A DNA stretch of 64,000 nt, from positions 74,007 through 138,006 of the forward strand of contig JANGFR010000002.1 in assembly GCA_024707015.1 (NCBI GenBank). The letters are read 5' to 3'. This stretch comes from Candidatus Culexarchaeum yellowstonense (lineage in GTDB: Archaea; Thermoproteota; Methanomethylicia; Culexarchaeales; Culexarchaeaceae). The notes below the pieces were generated by a model. It was not told the DNA's origin and searched no databases. It saw nothing but the letters and a program-made list of their open reading frames with translations. Made by a program: the position numbers and the translations under genes. Shown here piece after piece: positions 40,325 to 49,622 of this stretch (positions within the stretch are counted from its first letter, which is position 1; each line of letters starts with the position of its first letter).

Positions 40325-40786
40325 TCACAGTATGTTTAGATGGAAGGTTATTGGGACTGCTTCACCCCAAGATTGCCTTACTGGGCATATCCTTTGCGCC
40401 ATTTCAAAGCAGGAGTAAGCTTTCTCACGCTCCCACTTAGTATCCTTAAGCAACTTAACATTTATTGTGAAATCTATTTTCGTAAAAATTATCTTCTCCA
40501 AACCTTCCACACGCATGTTAACTTTGGCTATTGTCTCAAGGCTTTGTATACCGAGTTTTGAGTTACCCGCTATTAATAGGAAGAGGGTGTTCATACATGA
40601 AGCAAGAGCTGCTGCGAAGAGATTTTCCGGTGTGGGATACCCTCTCTCACCACCAAATTCCACAGGAGGACTTATCGTTGCAATCTCCCTATCATCAACA
40701 AAAACTTTTGATTTCACACCTGAGGATAATGCTGCTCTACCCTCGAAAACGAATTCACTCATAAAATGACAATAGTAATACTTCAA
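40325..40786 (-). CDS. osmC: OsmC/Ohr family peroxiredoxin-like protein
   Basis: GYPTPENLFAAALASCMNTLF contains the OsmC catalytic Cys-containing helix. The likely true start is the internal Met (MSEFVFEG). Confidence 0.8.
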   Translation of the reverse strand: MKYYYCHFMSEFVFEGRAALSSGVKSKVFVDDREIATISPPVEFGGERGYPTPENLFAAALASCMNTLFLLIAGNSKLGIQSLETIAKVNMRVEGLEKIIFTKIDFTINVKLLKDTKWEREKAYSCFEMAQRICPVRQSWGEAVPITFHLNIL

Positions 40787-40830
40787 TTTAAGTTTTACCC
40801 TTACAAAAATAAGGGGTATTGATATGGGAT

Positions 40831-41853
40831 TTATAATTCGAATGGATTCAACTCACCAGCAGATGTCAATGGACGTTTGGGATGCAAATACTTTGCTAGG
40901 AAACTGTAGACTTCTGCTCTAACTTCCCTTGCAAACAATGTGTCAATTCTATTGAAGGAGTGTCCTCCAGGAGCCTCCTTAAATATTTTATACTCAAACT
41001 CCTTGCCAGCGGCTTTAAGTGCATTTATAAGGTTTAAAACCTCAAGGTAGTTTACATCCTCATCATTGGTTGTCGTGTGAATTAATAGTGGAGTTTTAAG
41101 CCTATCAACATAGTGCACTGGAGATCTACGCCTATACTCCTCAACATCATCACAGACATCCACACCCACGTGATAATTGGCGATAAACAAGTCTCTATAA
41201 TTCTGCCCCTTATAGCCCATCCTCATTATCAAATCGCTAACGGGAACACCAGCATATGCAACCTTATAATCGTCTGGATAGAAGAATATGTTCATTAGAG
41301 TATGAAGTCCACCATGACTCCAACCAACAATCCCAATCCTATTGGGATCAACATACCTACAGTTTTCCACCATCCAATTCCTAGCTGCATGGGTATCCTC
41401 AATCTCCAATCCACCATAATCTATCAACTCATAGAAGGCTTTCCCATAACCAGTACTACCACGATACTCTGGAGCCACCACCAAGTATCCCTGAGCCAAC
41501 AACTCCCTAACAATATTCGCTGAAGCAGTACTCATATTCGCATGAACTCCACCATGAGGTAAGACTATCAATGGATACTTCTGACTTTTATCAAGATCCT
41601 TCGGTAGGAATACGTAACTCCAGAATATCACTGGATTCCTAGCCCCAGGAGCATTCGGCTTTTGAACCTTACTTGGAGGAGGACCAACCATCCTAAACTT
41701 AAATATCCTTGCAACATCCCCAAGCATATTATACCACAAAACATCGTCAATACGCTTATCCAAAGCCAAGAACATATGCATCAAAGATTCACGCATCTGC
41801 CTCAATTCTTCCAAAACCATCCTCAAATCCTCTGACATAACAATCAATACCAA
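40831..41853 (-). CDS. Alpha/beta hydrolase, prolyl-oligopeptidase (S9) / dienelactone-hydrolase-like
   Basis: GWSHGG nucleophile elbow (GxSxG) plus later Asp and His (PGGHSF). 340 aa. Confidence 0.75.
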   Translation of the reverse strand: MVLIVMSEDLRMVLEELRQMRESLMHMFLALDKRIDDVLWYNMLGDVARIFKFRMVGPPPSKVQKPNAPGARNPVIFWSYVFLPKDLDKSQKYPLIVLPHGGVHANMSTASANIVRELLAQGYLVVAPEYRGSTGYGKAFYELIDYGGLEIEDTHAARNWMVENCRYVDPNRIGIVGWSHGGLHTLMNIFFYPDDYKVAYAGVPVSDLIMRMGYKGQNYRDLFIANYHVGVDVCDDVEEYRRRSPVHYVDRLKTPLLIHTTTNDEDVNYLEVLNLINALKAAGKEFEYKIFKEAPGGHSFNRIDTLFAREVRAEVYSFLAKYLHPKRPLTSAGELNPFEL

Positions 41854-41929
41854 GTATAAGCAATAAACCTAAAAGCGTTTCTAAAAACATGAGGAAAAGT
41901 AATCAAGGAAATGATATATGAGTTTCCCG

Positions 41930-42583
41930 CTATTCTGGCTTTACGATTATTGGCATAGTTACGCTTCCACTATAGACTTTTACATGGAATCCAATGGTTA
42001 TGTATTTGAATTCGCTATACCATATTTCGGCATATGGGTTTATGATTACATGGACTGCATAGTCAATATGTGCATACAAAGTTTTTGGGAGGTAATCGCG
42101 ACCACGATGAATGTGATAAACGAAAATGGATTCGGATAAATTACCGGGGAAAGATTTATAATAAAGAAAGGAGGTGGTGGCATACCAGTCAATAGTGGTG
42201 TCATTGCGATAAGCGAATAAGTTGATCGCTTCAACCGTTACGATAAAGCCTTTTACTAATGGATTGTATGTTTTCTCATTTATCTTCTTTACTATAACGT
42301 TTATTTCATAAATGTCTCGTGGATTTATTGGGCTAAATATGGGTGTGGGGATGTATATGATTAATCCGAAATCAGCCTCCCCAAGAAAACCACTATAATG
42401 GATTATTGTGCTATTAAATTTTATACCTTTAAACCAGATTAGAGATCTATTGAAAGATTCTAACCCAATTGGGTTTAAGTGTTGTGGGCATGTGAAATAG
42501 TTTCCTAACAGAATAAACGCTAAGAGTATTGTTAAAAAGATTGTTATGCATTTTTTGTTTAGGTATTTCCTCATGATTATCAC
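41930..42583 (-). CDS. Hypothetical exported protein
   Basis: 217 aa. N-terminal signal/anchor (ITIFLTILLAFILLG). Aromatic-rich. Confidence 0.4.
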   Translation of the reverse strand: MIIMRKYLNKKCITIFLTILLAFILLGNYFTCPQHLNPIGLESFNRSLIWFKGIKFNSTIIHYSGFLGEADFGLIIYIPTPIFSPINPRDIYEINVIVKKINEKTYNPLVKGFIVTVEAINLFAYRNDTTIDWYATTSFLYYKSFPGNLSESIFVYHIHRGRDYLPKTLYAHIDYAVHVIINPYAEIWYSEFKYITIGFHVKVYSGSVTMPIIVKPE

Positions 42584-42691
42584 TTTATGAGGAAATGAGC
42601 GAGCCCACTATAAATATAATTTGGTAAAGCTATATATATATCGACGTATTAAGATTGCTCATCGTCGAGTTACCGTTTTTTGATGGTAGGT

Positions 42692-43057
42692 TTAGATTGG
42701 CATTGGAATTGTTGGTGTTATGAGTCGTGTTAGGCTGGAGAGGATGTAGGTTATTATTAGTATGAATAGGCTTCTGGACCAGCTTGATCTGTATATGAAT
42801 TTTATGATGGATAGGTATATTATGAGTTTTAGGATGTATGAGGCTTGGAATTGGTTGAATGATGATATTATTGAGTTCATTAGCATGATCATTGTGGAGG
42901 AGGCTATGGCTAGGGGGAGGCTTTTGAGTCCGACTATTTTGGAGCTTAAGTATATGATTATGGTTAATAGGATGAAGCTTATTGTTAGATAGGGTAGGGA
43001 TTGTAGGATTGATGTTGGGTCGTAATTGGTTGCAGTTGTTATGTTAAGATTTGTCAT
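42692..43057 (-). CDS. Small integral membrane subunit, last gene of the membrane-bound hydrogenase operon (possible Mrp/MbhA-G-like or NuoK/J-like piece)
   Basis: 121 aa with about 3 TM helices. Overlaps the upstream NuoI-like gene by 14 nt. Confidence 0.4.
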   Translation of the reverse strand: MTNLNITTATNYDPTSILQSLPYLTISFILLTIIIYLSSKIVGLKSLPLAIASSTMIMLMNSIISSFNQFQASYILKLIIYLSIIKFIYRSSWSRSLFILIITYILSSLTRLITPTIPMPI

Positions 43058-43616
43058 ATAGGACGTGCTTCCTTGTGTGGATATTTAGTTTGAAGCTTAG
43101 GGTTTTTCTGCAATTTGGGCATAGGTGTAGGTATTTTGGTAGATCTTCTTGGGCGTATTGTATGGCTTTAGCCTCCTTTAATCCACTCATTAACCTATCG
43201 GTGATGCGGTTAAGTTGCTTTTCTGGTGCAAAGTAGTTTCCGCAGTTAATGCATTTTGAAAGTTCAATTGTGTTTGAAACTTTGAGTTCCGATTTATTGT
43301 TTGATGCTATTTCGAATTTAGTGGTTAAGGTTAATGCATCTTCAGGGCATACTTCGGCGCAACGCCTACAAAACACACACTTATTCAAATTAATGTTTAA
43401 ATTACGTTTACCCTCCGCGTCTATGTATGTTAATGCACCGCTACTACATTGGCTAACGCATGCACTGCACCCAATACATTTATCTGCATTGAATTCGGGC
43501 ATACCGCGCAGAGTTTCTGGAACACTACTATACTTCTCAACGCCAACACCAGCAGGATACTTAATTGTGTATGGTTTACTTAGAGCTTCAATGGCTCTCT
43601 TAAATGATTTGAGCAA
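43044..43616 (-). CDS. 2x[4Fe-4S] ferredoxin subunit of a group-4 hydrogenase (NuoI/EchF/MbhN-like)
   Basis: CIGCSACVSQC...CP and CVFCRRCAEVCP are two CxxCxxCxxxCP motifs. A C-terminal Cys-rich tail includes CINCGNYF. 190 aa. Confidence 0.8.
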   Translation of the reverse strand: MLKSFKRAIEALSKPYTIKYPAGVGVEKYSSVPETLRGMPEFNADKCIGCSACVSQCSSGALTYIDAEGKRNLNINLNKCVFCRRCAEVCPEDALTLTTKFEIASNNKSELKVSNTIELSKCINCGNYFAPEKQLNRITDRLMSGLKEAKAIQYAQEDLPKYLHLCPNCRKTLSFKLNIHTRKHVLYDKS

Positions 43617-43617
43617 T

Positions 43618-44628
43618 TCATGCCACCCCCAAAATAAACCTGATGATTATGGAGAATATTATGGAGAATGCGGATAAGGGCCATAGGTACTTGATGGCCC
43701 ATGAGACTGCTTGATCAATTCTAAATCTTGGGGCTATTGAGTGAACTATGGATATTATGAGTGTGACTATGAAGCACTCCAATAGGAAGACTATGAAGTT
43801 GAATATTTGATTGTATATGCTTGTTGGTGGCAGTATAAGTCCCCCTGAAAGGAATAGGTTTACAAACAATCCGATGAGGACTGATGTTAGAATGTATTTT
43901 GAGGATAATATTGTTGCTAGAAGTTTTCCGGAGTATTCTGTGTATGGACCTGAAACTATCTCCACATCAGCTTCAGGTATTTCGAATGGGTTGAAGTGCA
44001 GTTTCCCAAGTACTGCAATTATGAAAACTATGGCTGCGAAGGGGTTTAGAAGGATTATTGGATAGGATTTCAGCTGAAAACTCATGATGCCGCCAATCGA
44101 TAATGAATTGGATATTATGGCTGAAGAGAATATTGATGAGAGCAATGAAACTTCAATTACAAGCATCAGCTCAGCCTCCCTCCTAGATCCAACAACACTC
44201 CAAGGTGATGATGATGCCAAACCACCCAAAACCCAGAATAGGGATACACCAATTAAAATGTATGTTATGAAGATTATGCTGAGCGGATTATCTGCAAGCA
44301 AGCTTAAACCACCATAAGATATAAAGTATGTGGATAAAACTGCCAGGATGAAGCTTACTATTGGTGATGAAACAAATAAACCTTTACGTGCACTTCTAGG
44401 TATAATCGTCTCCTTAAACATCAATTTCAAAACATCGTAGAGGGGTTGTAAAACCCTACTTGAACCTAAAAGCCCCCTCAACTCACCATGCATTGAAAGT
44501 AGTGGTCCAAGCCTATACTGACTCCTAGCATAAACCTTCCTAATCTCATAATTGAACAAGACTCCAAGGATGAAGCATAACACTGGAATAAATATTATTG
44601 CTAGGAGCACAACCATCACCCCCTCCAA
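43618..44628 (-). CDS. Membrane subunit of a group-4 hydrogenase (NuoH/EchB/HycD/MbhM-like)
   Basis: 336 aa with about 8 TM helices. N-terminal RKVYARSQYRLGPLL resembles the NuoH R-x-GPxxxG loop. Overlaps the large-subunit gene by 13 nt. Confidence 0.75.
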   Translation of the reverse strand: MEGVMVVLLAIIFIPVLCFILGVLFNYEIRKVYARSQYRLGPLLSMHGELRGLLGSSRVLQPLYDVLKLMFKETIIPRSARKGLFVSSPIVSFILAVLSTYFISYGGLSLLADNPLSIIFITYILIGVSLFWVLGGLASSSPWSVVGSRREAELMLVIEVSLLSSIFSSAIISNSLSIGGIMSFQLKSYPIILLNPFAAIVFIIAVLGKLHFNPFEIPEADVEIVSGPYTEYSGKLLATILSSKYILTSVLIGLFVNLFLSGGLILPPTSIYNQIFNFIVFLLECFIVTLIISIVHSIAPRFRIDQAVSWAIKYLWPLSAFSIIFSIIIRFILGVA

Positions 44629-46247
44629 CCCTTAAATGCTAGATTCTTAAATTCATCACCACTCAAAGTCCACTGCTCCCCCCTCTTGGAATCAACTATC
44701 ATTACACGATCTGTGCATGAGAAGCATGGGTCAACGCTACCAATAATTATTGGTGCATCTGCAAGTCTACAACCTTTAAGCATGAATTTGAGGGCTGCAA
44801 TATTACGGTAACTTGGAGTTCTAATCCTAACAGTGTGCGGTATATCCATACCATTCGAAATTACGTAGTAGACTAGTTCACCCCTAGGAGCTTCAACCTT
44901 ACTTAAAGCTTCACCCTCAGGGAATGGTTTAAGTTCTGAAGTAGCTACTGGTCCACCAATACTCTTCAACCTATCAACACATTGTAGACATATATCTATG
45001 GATACAAGGGTTTCCTTAACTCTAACCATAACCCTTGAAAGTACATCCCCAGCCTCCTCAACCACAACATCCCAACTTATATGCCCCTCATCATAGAATG
45101 AGTATGGACTATCCCTTCTAACATCAATCTTCCATCCACTAGCCCTAGCAGTTGGCCCTACAGCTCCAGCCTCCCTAGCATCACTTAGAGACATGACACC
45201 TACACCCTCAGTCCTACGCCTAACAATGCTATGTGAAGCTATATCTTCAGCTAGTTTTTTGAAATCCCTCTTAACTTCAAGCAGTTTACTTTCAACTTTA
45301 CTAAGCTGCTCCTTAGTGACATCGAATCTTACGCCGCCAATACTCATGGAATCTGCATGAACCCTATTGCCCGATAGCAATTCAATGCAATCCTGTATTG
45401 GCTCCCTAATCTTCCAAGCCCACATGAGCAAAGTTTTAAAGCCAATCAAGTCTCCTGCAACGCCAAGCCATAGGAGGTGACTATGTATCCTATTCAACTC
45501 AGCCATTAAAACCCTAATATACTCAGCCCTCTCAGGGACATTTACCCCAAGAATGCGTTCCACAGCATTCACGAAAGCCAATTGATGCGGAACACTACAT
45601 ATACCACATATCCTACCAACAAGGAATAGGTCACGCCAAAAAGTCCTACTCTCAGCCAACTTCATTATCCCACGATGATTCAAACCAACCTTAATATCCA
45701 CATCAACAACATCTTCACCATCAACGAATAACTTGAAGAATCCACCTTCAAGCATTGCCGGATGATATGGACCTATGGGTAGAGTGACTTGCTTAACCCC
45801 AGCCTTAGATTCACTGGAACTCTCAACTGGGTTAGGCCACTCAAAGGGGAGGAAGATGTGTCTAGGGTCGGGGTGACCATCAAACTCAACTCCAAGGAGC
45901 TCCATAGTCTCCCTCTCAGCCCAATTAGCTTGATAAGTCAATTGTGCAACTGATGGAAACTTCGCTGGTTCACCATCACCATAAGCATACAATATTACAT
46001 GGGCATGTCTATCTATGTGTTCAAGACTGTAGATGTGCATGAGCCTAATACCATCAAAACCCATGTCTGAAGCTGTGACATGGACAATTCTAGAGCCTAT
46101 GGAAAGCATGTATTTAGCTGCATCCAGAAGCCTATTTGGACTGGTCTTAACACGTACATGCTTACCTCCACAACCATAACCAGTAATTTCAAAATCGGGT
46201 TTAAGGATGTTTCCAAGCTCATTTAAAACATCATTTAAACTCTTCAT
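44616..46247 (-). CDS. [NiFe] hydrogenase large subunit, group 4, fused NuoC-like + NuoD-like (HycE/EchE/MbhL-type)
   Basis: N-terminal NuoC-like domain (about 150 aa), then RICGICSVPH (RxCGxCx3H Ni/Fe-binding motif L1) and C-terminal DPCFSCTDR (DPCxxCxxR/H motif L2). All four metal-ligand Cys are present. 543 aa. Confidence 0.85.
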   Translation of the reverse strand: MKSLNDVLNELGNILKPDFEITGYGCGGKHVRVKTSPNRLLDAAKYMLSIGSRIVHVTASDMGFDGIRLMHIYSLEHIDRHAHVILYAYGDGEPAKFPSVAQLTYQANWAERETMELLGVEFDGHPDPRHIFLPFEWPNPVESSSESKAGVKQVTLPIGPYHPAMLEGGFFKLFVDGEDVVDVDIKVGLNHRGIMKLAESRTFWRDLFLVGRICGICSVPHQLAFVNAVERILGVNVPERAEYIRVLMAELNRIHSHLLWLGVAGDLIGFKTLLMWAWKIREPIQDCIELLSGNRVHADSMSIGGVRFDVTKEQLSKVESKLLEVKRDFKKLAEDIASHSIVRRRTEGVGVMSLSDAREAGAVGPTARASGWKIDVRRDSPYSFYDEGHISWDVVVEEAGDVLSRVMVRVKETLVSIDICLQCVDRLKSIGGPVATSELKPFPEGEALSKVEAPRGELVYYVISNGMDIPHTVRIRTPSYRNIAALKFMLKGCRLADAPIIIGSVDPCFSCTDRVMIVDSKRGEQWTLSGDEFKNLAFKGWRG

Positions 46248-46253
46248 CCCAGA

Positions 46254-47777
46254 TCACCATAAATCCATAAATTTAAACATAACATCATTATGGAGGGATA
46301 CTCCATAGGCTAGAAAGCCATGATACATTATACCAATTATAATTGATATTAAAGCTAAGAGGATTATGGAGGTAAACATTAAATCTGGTTTCTCCCTAAA
46401 AACGCCACTACCCCTAGCTGAAGCCACAACTATTCCGAGGAAAACACATAAAACTATTATACCACTGAGATATATTAAACCCTCATATATTGAGCTTGGA
46501 ATACCATAAAACTGATTGCCAGAATAAATGATTGATTCCATCACCATATGCTTACCATAATAACCTGAGAAGAATGGAAGTAAACCTGAAACGCTCATCC
46601 CACCTAAAATAATGATGAGTGAAGTGATGGGCATAGACCTAGTTGCCATTGAAAGTTTAAGCCAATTCCTCTCATGGAAAACCTTCACATACAAACCTGC
46701 AGATAGGAAGAGGAGTGCCTTAGCAATTGAATGTGCAAATAGGTATAATGCTGATCCAAAAATGCATAGATATGCTTCATAACCACTCATGGAAACACTT
46801 AAACCAATTGATGAACCTAGGAACCCCATACTCAAAATGCTACTGAAGGCTATAACCCTCTTAATATCCCTATCAATTATCATCCCCAACACTCCAAGGA
46901 CAATATTAATTAAACCTGAAAGGGTTATGAAAGCCCCCACATCCATTGAAATTATTGGTGAAAGTGAATAAACGTATTTCAATATTGGGATATATGCAGA
47001 CTCTATTATTACACCTGAAAGCATTGCACTAACTGGTGAAGGTGCTTCCGAGTGAACTAATGGGAGCCATAGGAGTGCAAGTGGAGATGTGCCAGCCTTA
47101 ATTCCAAAACCTAAAAGGATTAGGTAGGAGGCAAATTTGAAATTCCAATCATAAATCCCATATCTACTCAACCTATAAACATCCAGTAGATCGAAGTGTA
47201 AACCATAACCATTGATGAGGAGGCATACCCCAATTATTATTAGAATAGACTCTAAAATCGACATGGCCAAGTATACTATAACTGAAATAACAGCTCTACC
47301 CCTACGTTCACCATACAAAACTAGAATTGCACTCAGAGCTGTGGAAGCTTCAAGAAAAAATAGCATGTAAATCAAATTGCTAGATGACACCAGCCCAATT
47401 AGTGTCGCTAATAGAATTGGTATAATTGCAAAGTACAATCTAAATCTACCATTCAATTCAGAATCGAAATATTTGATTGAGTATAATGTTGATATTAAAC
47501 CAACAATCAATATAACCTCACACATAGCATAAATAAGGAAATCCGTAAACAATTTTGATTCCAGCTCAGCTAACCCAGCTGCTAATATTCCTGCTAATGG
47601 TATGGCGTTAACAATTAATGAGGAGAATATCAATAATGTGGAGAGGTGTATGGAATATTTTGATTTAAATGCTGAAATTATTAGCGATGATAAGAATAGA
47701 AGTGCATATGTCAATATGAGGTTAATGCTCACCCTTCTCATCCTCCATGAATGGTAGATTAAATATGTAGATTTCAT
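46254..47777 (-). CDS. NuoL/M/N-type (Mrp antiporter-like) membrane subunit of the hydrogenase (EchA/HyfB/MbhH-like)
   Basis: 507 aa with about 14 TM helices and conserved antiporter-like charged residues in the membrane. The start is possibly the internal Met (MRRVSINLIL). Confidence 0.75.
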   Translation of the reverse strand: MKSTYLIYHSWRMRRVSINLILTYALLFLSSLIISAFKSKYSIHLSTLLIFSSLIVNAIPLAGILAAGLAELESKLFTDFLIYAMCEVILIVGLISTLYSIKYFDSELNGRFRLYFAIIPILLATLIGLVSSSNLIYMLFFLEASTALSAILVLYGERRGRAVISVIVYLAMSILESILIIIGVCLLINGYGLHFDLLDVYRLSRYGIYDWNFKFASYLILLGFGIKAGTSPLALLWLPLVHSEAPSPVSAMLSGVIIESAYIPILKYVYSLSPIISMDVGAFITLSGLINIVLGVLGMIIDRDIKRVIAFSSILSMGFLGSSIGLSVSMSGYEAYLCIFGSALYLFAHSIAKALLFLSAGLYVKVFHERNWLKLSMATRSMPITSLIIILGGMSVSGLLPFFSGYYGKHMVMESIIYSGNQFYGIPSSIYEGLIYLSGIIVLCVFLGIVVASARGSGVFREKPDLMFTSIILLALISIIIGIMYHGFLAYGVSLHNDVMFKFMDLW

Positions 47778-48015
47778 CCATATGGATGTATGGAGGTTTA
47801 GCTAAACCACACATGAAAACTGAATCCAAATCTACATTACGTGATTGAAGCCATGGAATTAAAACTATGAATGTCAAATAGAATATTGAAGTTGAAGCTA
47901 ACTCAACTAGGAATAATGTTAGAATGATATCTGATGTTAAGGGTACAATCCAAAATCCAATGGCCAACAATCCTAACGATATTATTAGGGGGATGTACAT
48001 GTACTTCAACTTCAT
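47722..48015 (-). CDS. Small membrane protein within the hydrogenase operon
   Basis: 97 aa with 2-3 TM helices. Overlaps the NuoB-like gene by 4 nt and its 3' end overlaps the annotated start of the NuoL-like ORF. Confidence 0.35.
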   Translation of the reverse strand: MKLKYMYIPLIISLGLLAIGFWIVPLTSDIILTLFLVELASTSIFYLTFIVLIPWLQSRNVDLDSVFMCGLAKPPYIHMDEIYIFNLPFMEDEKGEH

Positions 48016-48464
48016 TTAACCACCCCACACCTCTCACGTAGGATGCTTATTGCCTTAACAACACCATTTATTATGGCTTCAGGTTTTGGTGGGCATCCAG
48101 ATACAAAGACATCCACTGGGATAACCTTATCTGCTCCACCAAGGATTGCATAAGTTTCTTCACCCTCAACATCATTGAATATTCCACCAGAACAGGCACA
48201 TGAGCCTATGGCGACAACAACCTTTGGGTTTGGAACTTGCATATAAACTCTCTTCATGAATGATGCAATATGCTTTGTAACTGGACCTGTAACTATTAGG
48301 ATGTCTGCATGCCTTGGAGATGTAACCAATTTAATCCCAAATCTCTCAACATCAAATCTTGGGGTTAATGCTGCAACAAGTTCAATGTCGCATCCATTAC
48401 ATCCACCAGCATGTAAATGGTAAACCCATGGTGAATATGTGAACATCTTCTGTTTAAACCCCAT
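48012..48464 (-). CDS. [NiFe] hydrogenase small subunit, group 4 (NuoB/EchC/MbhJ-like)
   Basis: Cys ligands for the proximal [4Fe-4S] in GGCNGCDIE, GSCACSGG and C-P (SGCPPKP). 150 aa. Its start codon abuts the stop of the upstream HdrB-like gene. Confidence 0.85.
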   Translation of the reverse strand: MGFKQKMFTYSPWVYHLHAGGCNGCDIELVAALTPRFDVERFGIKLVTSPRHADILIVTGPVTKHIASFMKRVYMQVPNPKVVVAIGSCACSGGIFNDVEGEETYAILGGADKVIPVDVFVSGCPPKPEAIINGVVKAISILRERCGVVK

Positions 48465-49328
48465 TTAACCCACCAACCTACCAATTATATTTTCAGTTGA
48501 AATTGCATGTGTATTTAAGCCGAAACTTTCTGGCTTAATTCCAAAACTTAAAGCTAAGAGTTCACTTAAATGTAACACTGGAATCCCATATTCTAATCCT
48601 TCATCTTTGAATGTCAATTGGGCTTTCTCAAATTGATCGTAGCATGCTGGGCATGCAACTACAATTGCATTTGCACCTGAATTCTTTATGGCATCAAGCT
48701 TCCACTTAGTCCTCTCCCTCATAGCCTTATCCACCGAGTATAGCATTAATGGGTATCCACAGCAAACACGCTCCAAACCATAATCAACGATCTCAACATT
48801 CAAAGCCTTCACAATTTCCCTAAGATACTTGGCGCCCCTCTCATCACTCATCTTATATAATTTGCATCCTGGGTGAAGTGCAACTTTAAGCCAACTTAAA
48901 TCCACATTAACATTGCTTCTAATAGCATTTAAACCAACATCTTCAAACAATACTTCAGTATAATGTTTAACTTTAATAGTCCCATTAAATTTCAATCCAA
49001 ACCCCTTAAGATTCCCATTAATCTTCTCCCTCAAATCACTTGACTCAATAAGCTTCTCCCTAGCTTCATGCAGAGACTCCCAACACCCATTACACATCAC
49101 AATTATATCCCTCCCAATAGCTTCAGCTAAGGATAGGTTTCTAGCAGCCACAGTTAACCATAAATCTTCATCTACAAGTCTAGCTATTTCTGGAACTGGG
49201 CAGCATGAAGCTCCATTTATATCGAGGAGGTTGATTCCAAGTTTACTGGATATGGCTCTCATGGATGATTCAGCAAATGGCTGCATTGCAGGTATATAGC
49301 ATCCTAGGAATAGACTGTATTCAAGCAT
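48465..49328 (-). CDS. CCG-domain (Cys-rich) protein, HdrB/HdrD-C/GlpC/Sulfolobus-SdhC-like
   Basis: Two Cys-rich repeats: C...CCP...CNGC and C...CCG...CPAC (287 aa). The first has CCP instead of CCG. Confidence 0.75.
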   Translation of the reverse strand: MLEYSLFLGCYIPAMQPFAESSMRAISSKLGINLLDINGASCCPVPEIARLVDEDLWLTVAARNLSLAEAIGRDIIVMCNGCWESLHEAREKLIESSDLREKINGNLKGFGLKFNGTIKVKHYTEVLFEDVGLNAIRSNVNVDLSWLKVALHPGCKLYKMSDERGAKYLREIVKALNVEIVDYGLERVCCGYPLMLYSVDKAMRERTKWKLDAIKNSGANAIVVACPACYDQFEKAQLTFKDEGLEYGIPVLHLSELLALSFGIKPESFGLNTHAISTENIIGRLVG

Positions 49329-49343
49329 ATGGATACCTCCAAC

Positions 49344-49622
49344 CTAATATTTGAAATCCCTCCTATCAAAGTCAAATCCAATCCTTCTACCAGCACCAAT
49401 CGATTTAATGAGATTGAACATTTGATTCACATATTCAGTGTTGCTATATGCTGTTGGGGGTATGCTTGGCAAACCAATCCTACTCCTAGTCCTCTGCATA
49501 TATCTAGAAAGCATTGGAACATGACCAGTTCTAAGTATACTCCTAATTGGAGATTTAAGTGAATCCTGCAATCCCACAATATCCTTCCTTAATGGGTGAA
49601 TTTTACCTTCGCTGGAGCTCAT
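49344..49622 (-). CDS. Small basic protein of unknown function inside the Hdr/hydrogenase operon
   Basis: 92 aa, Cys-free, Arg-rich. Overlaps the upstream polyferredoxin gene by 4 nt and has a 15-nt gap to the downstream gene. Confidence 0.3.
   Translation of the reverse strand: MSSSEGKIHPLRKDIVGLQDSLKSPIRSILRTGHVPMLSRYMQRTRSRIGLPSIPPTAYSNTEYVNQMFNLIKSIGAGRRIGFDFDRRDFKY

Noticed and set aside
42641-42680. 6-bp inverted repeat (TCGACG ... CGTCGA) with a 16-nt loop followed by T6 on the plus strand
   Set aside because: The orientation is wrong to terminate either neighbouring gene, since both are on the minus strand. It is more likely part of the AT-rich promoter region of 41930..42583, where a TATA-like box lies at about 42611-42622. 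It is too short to call a structured element.
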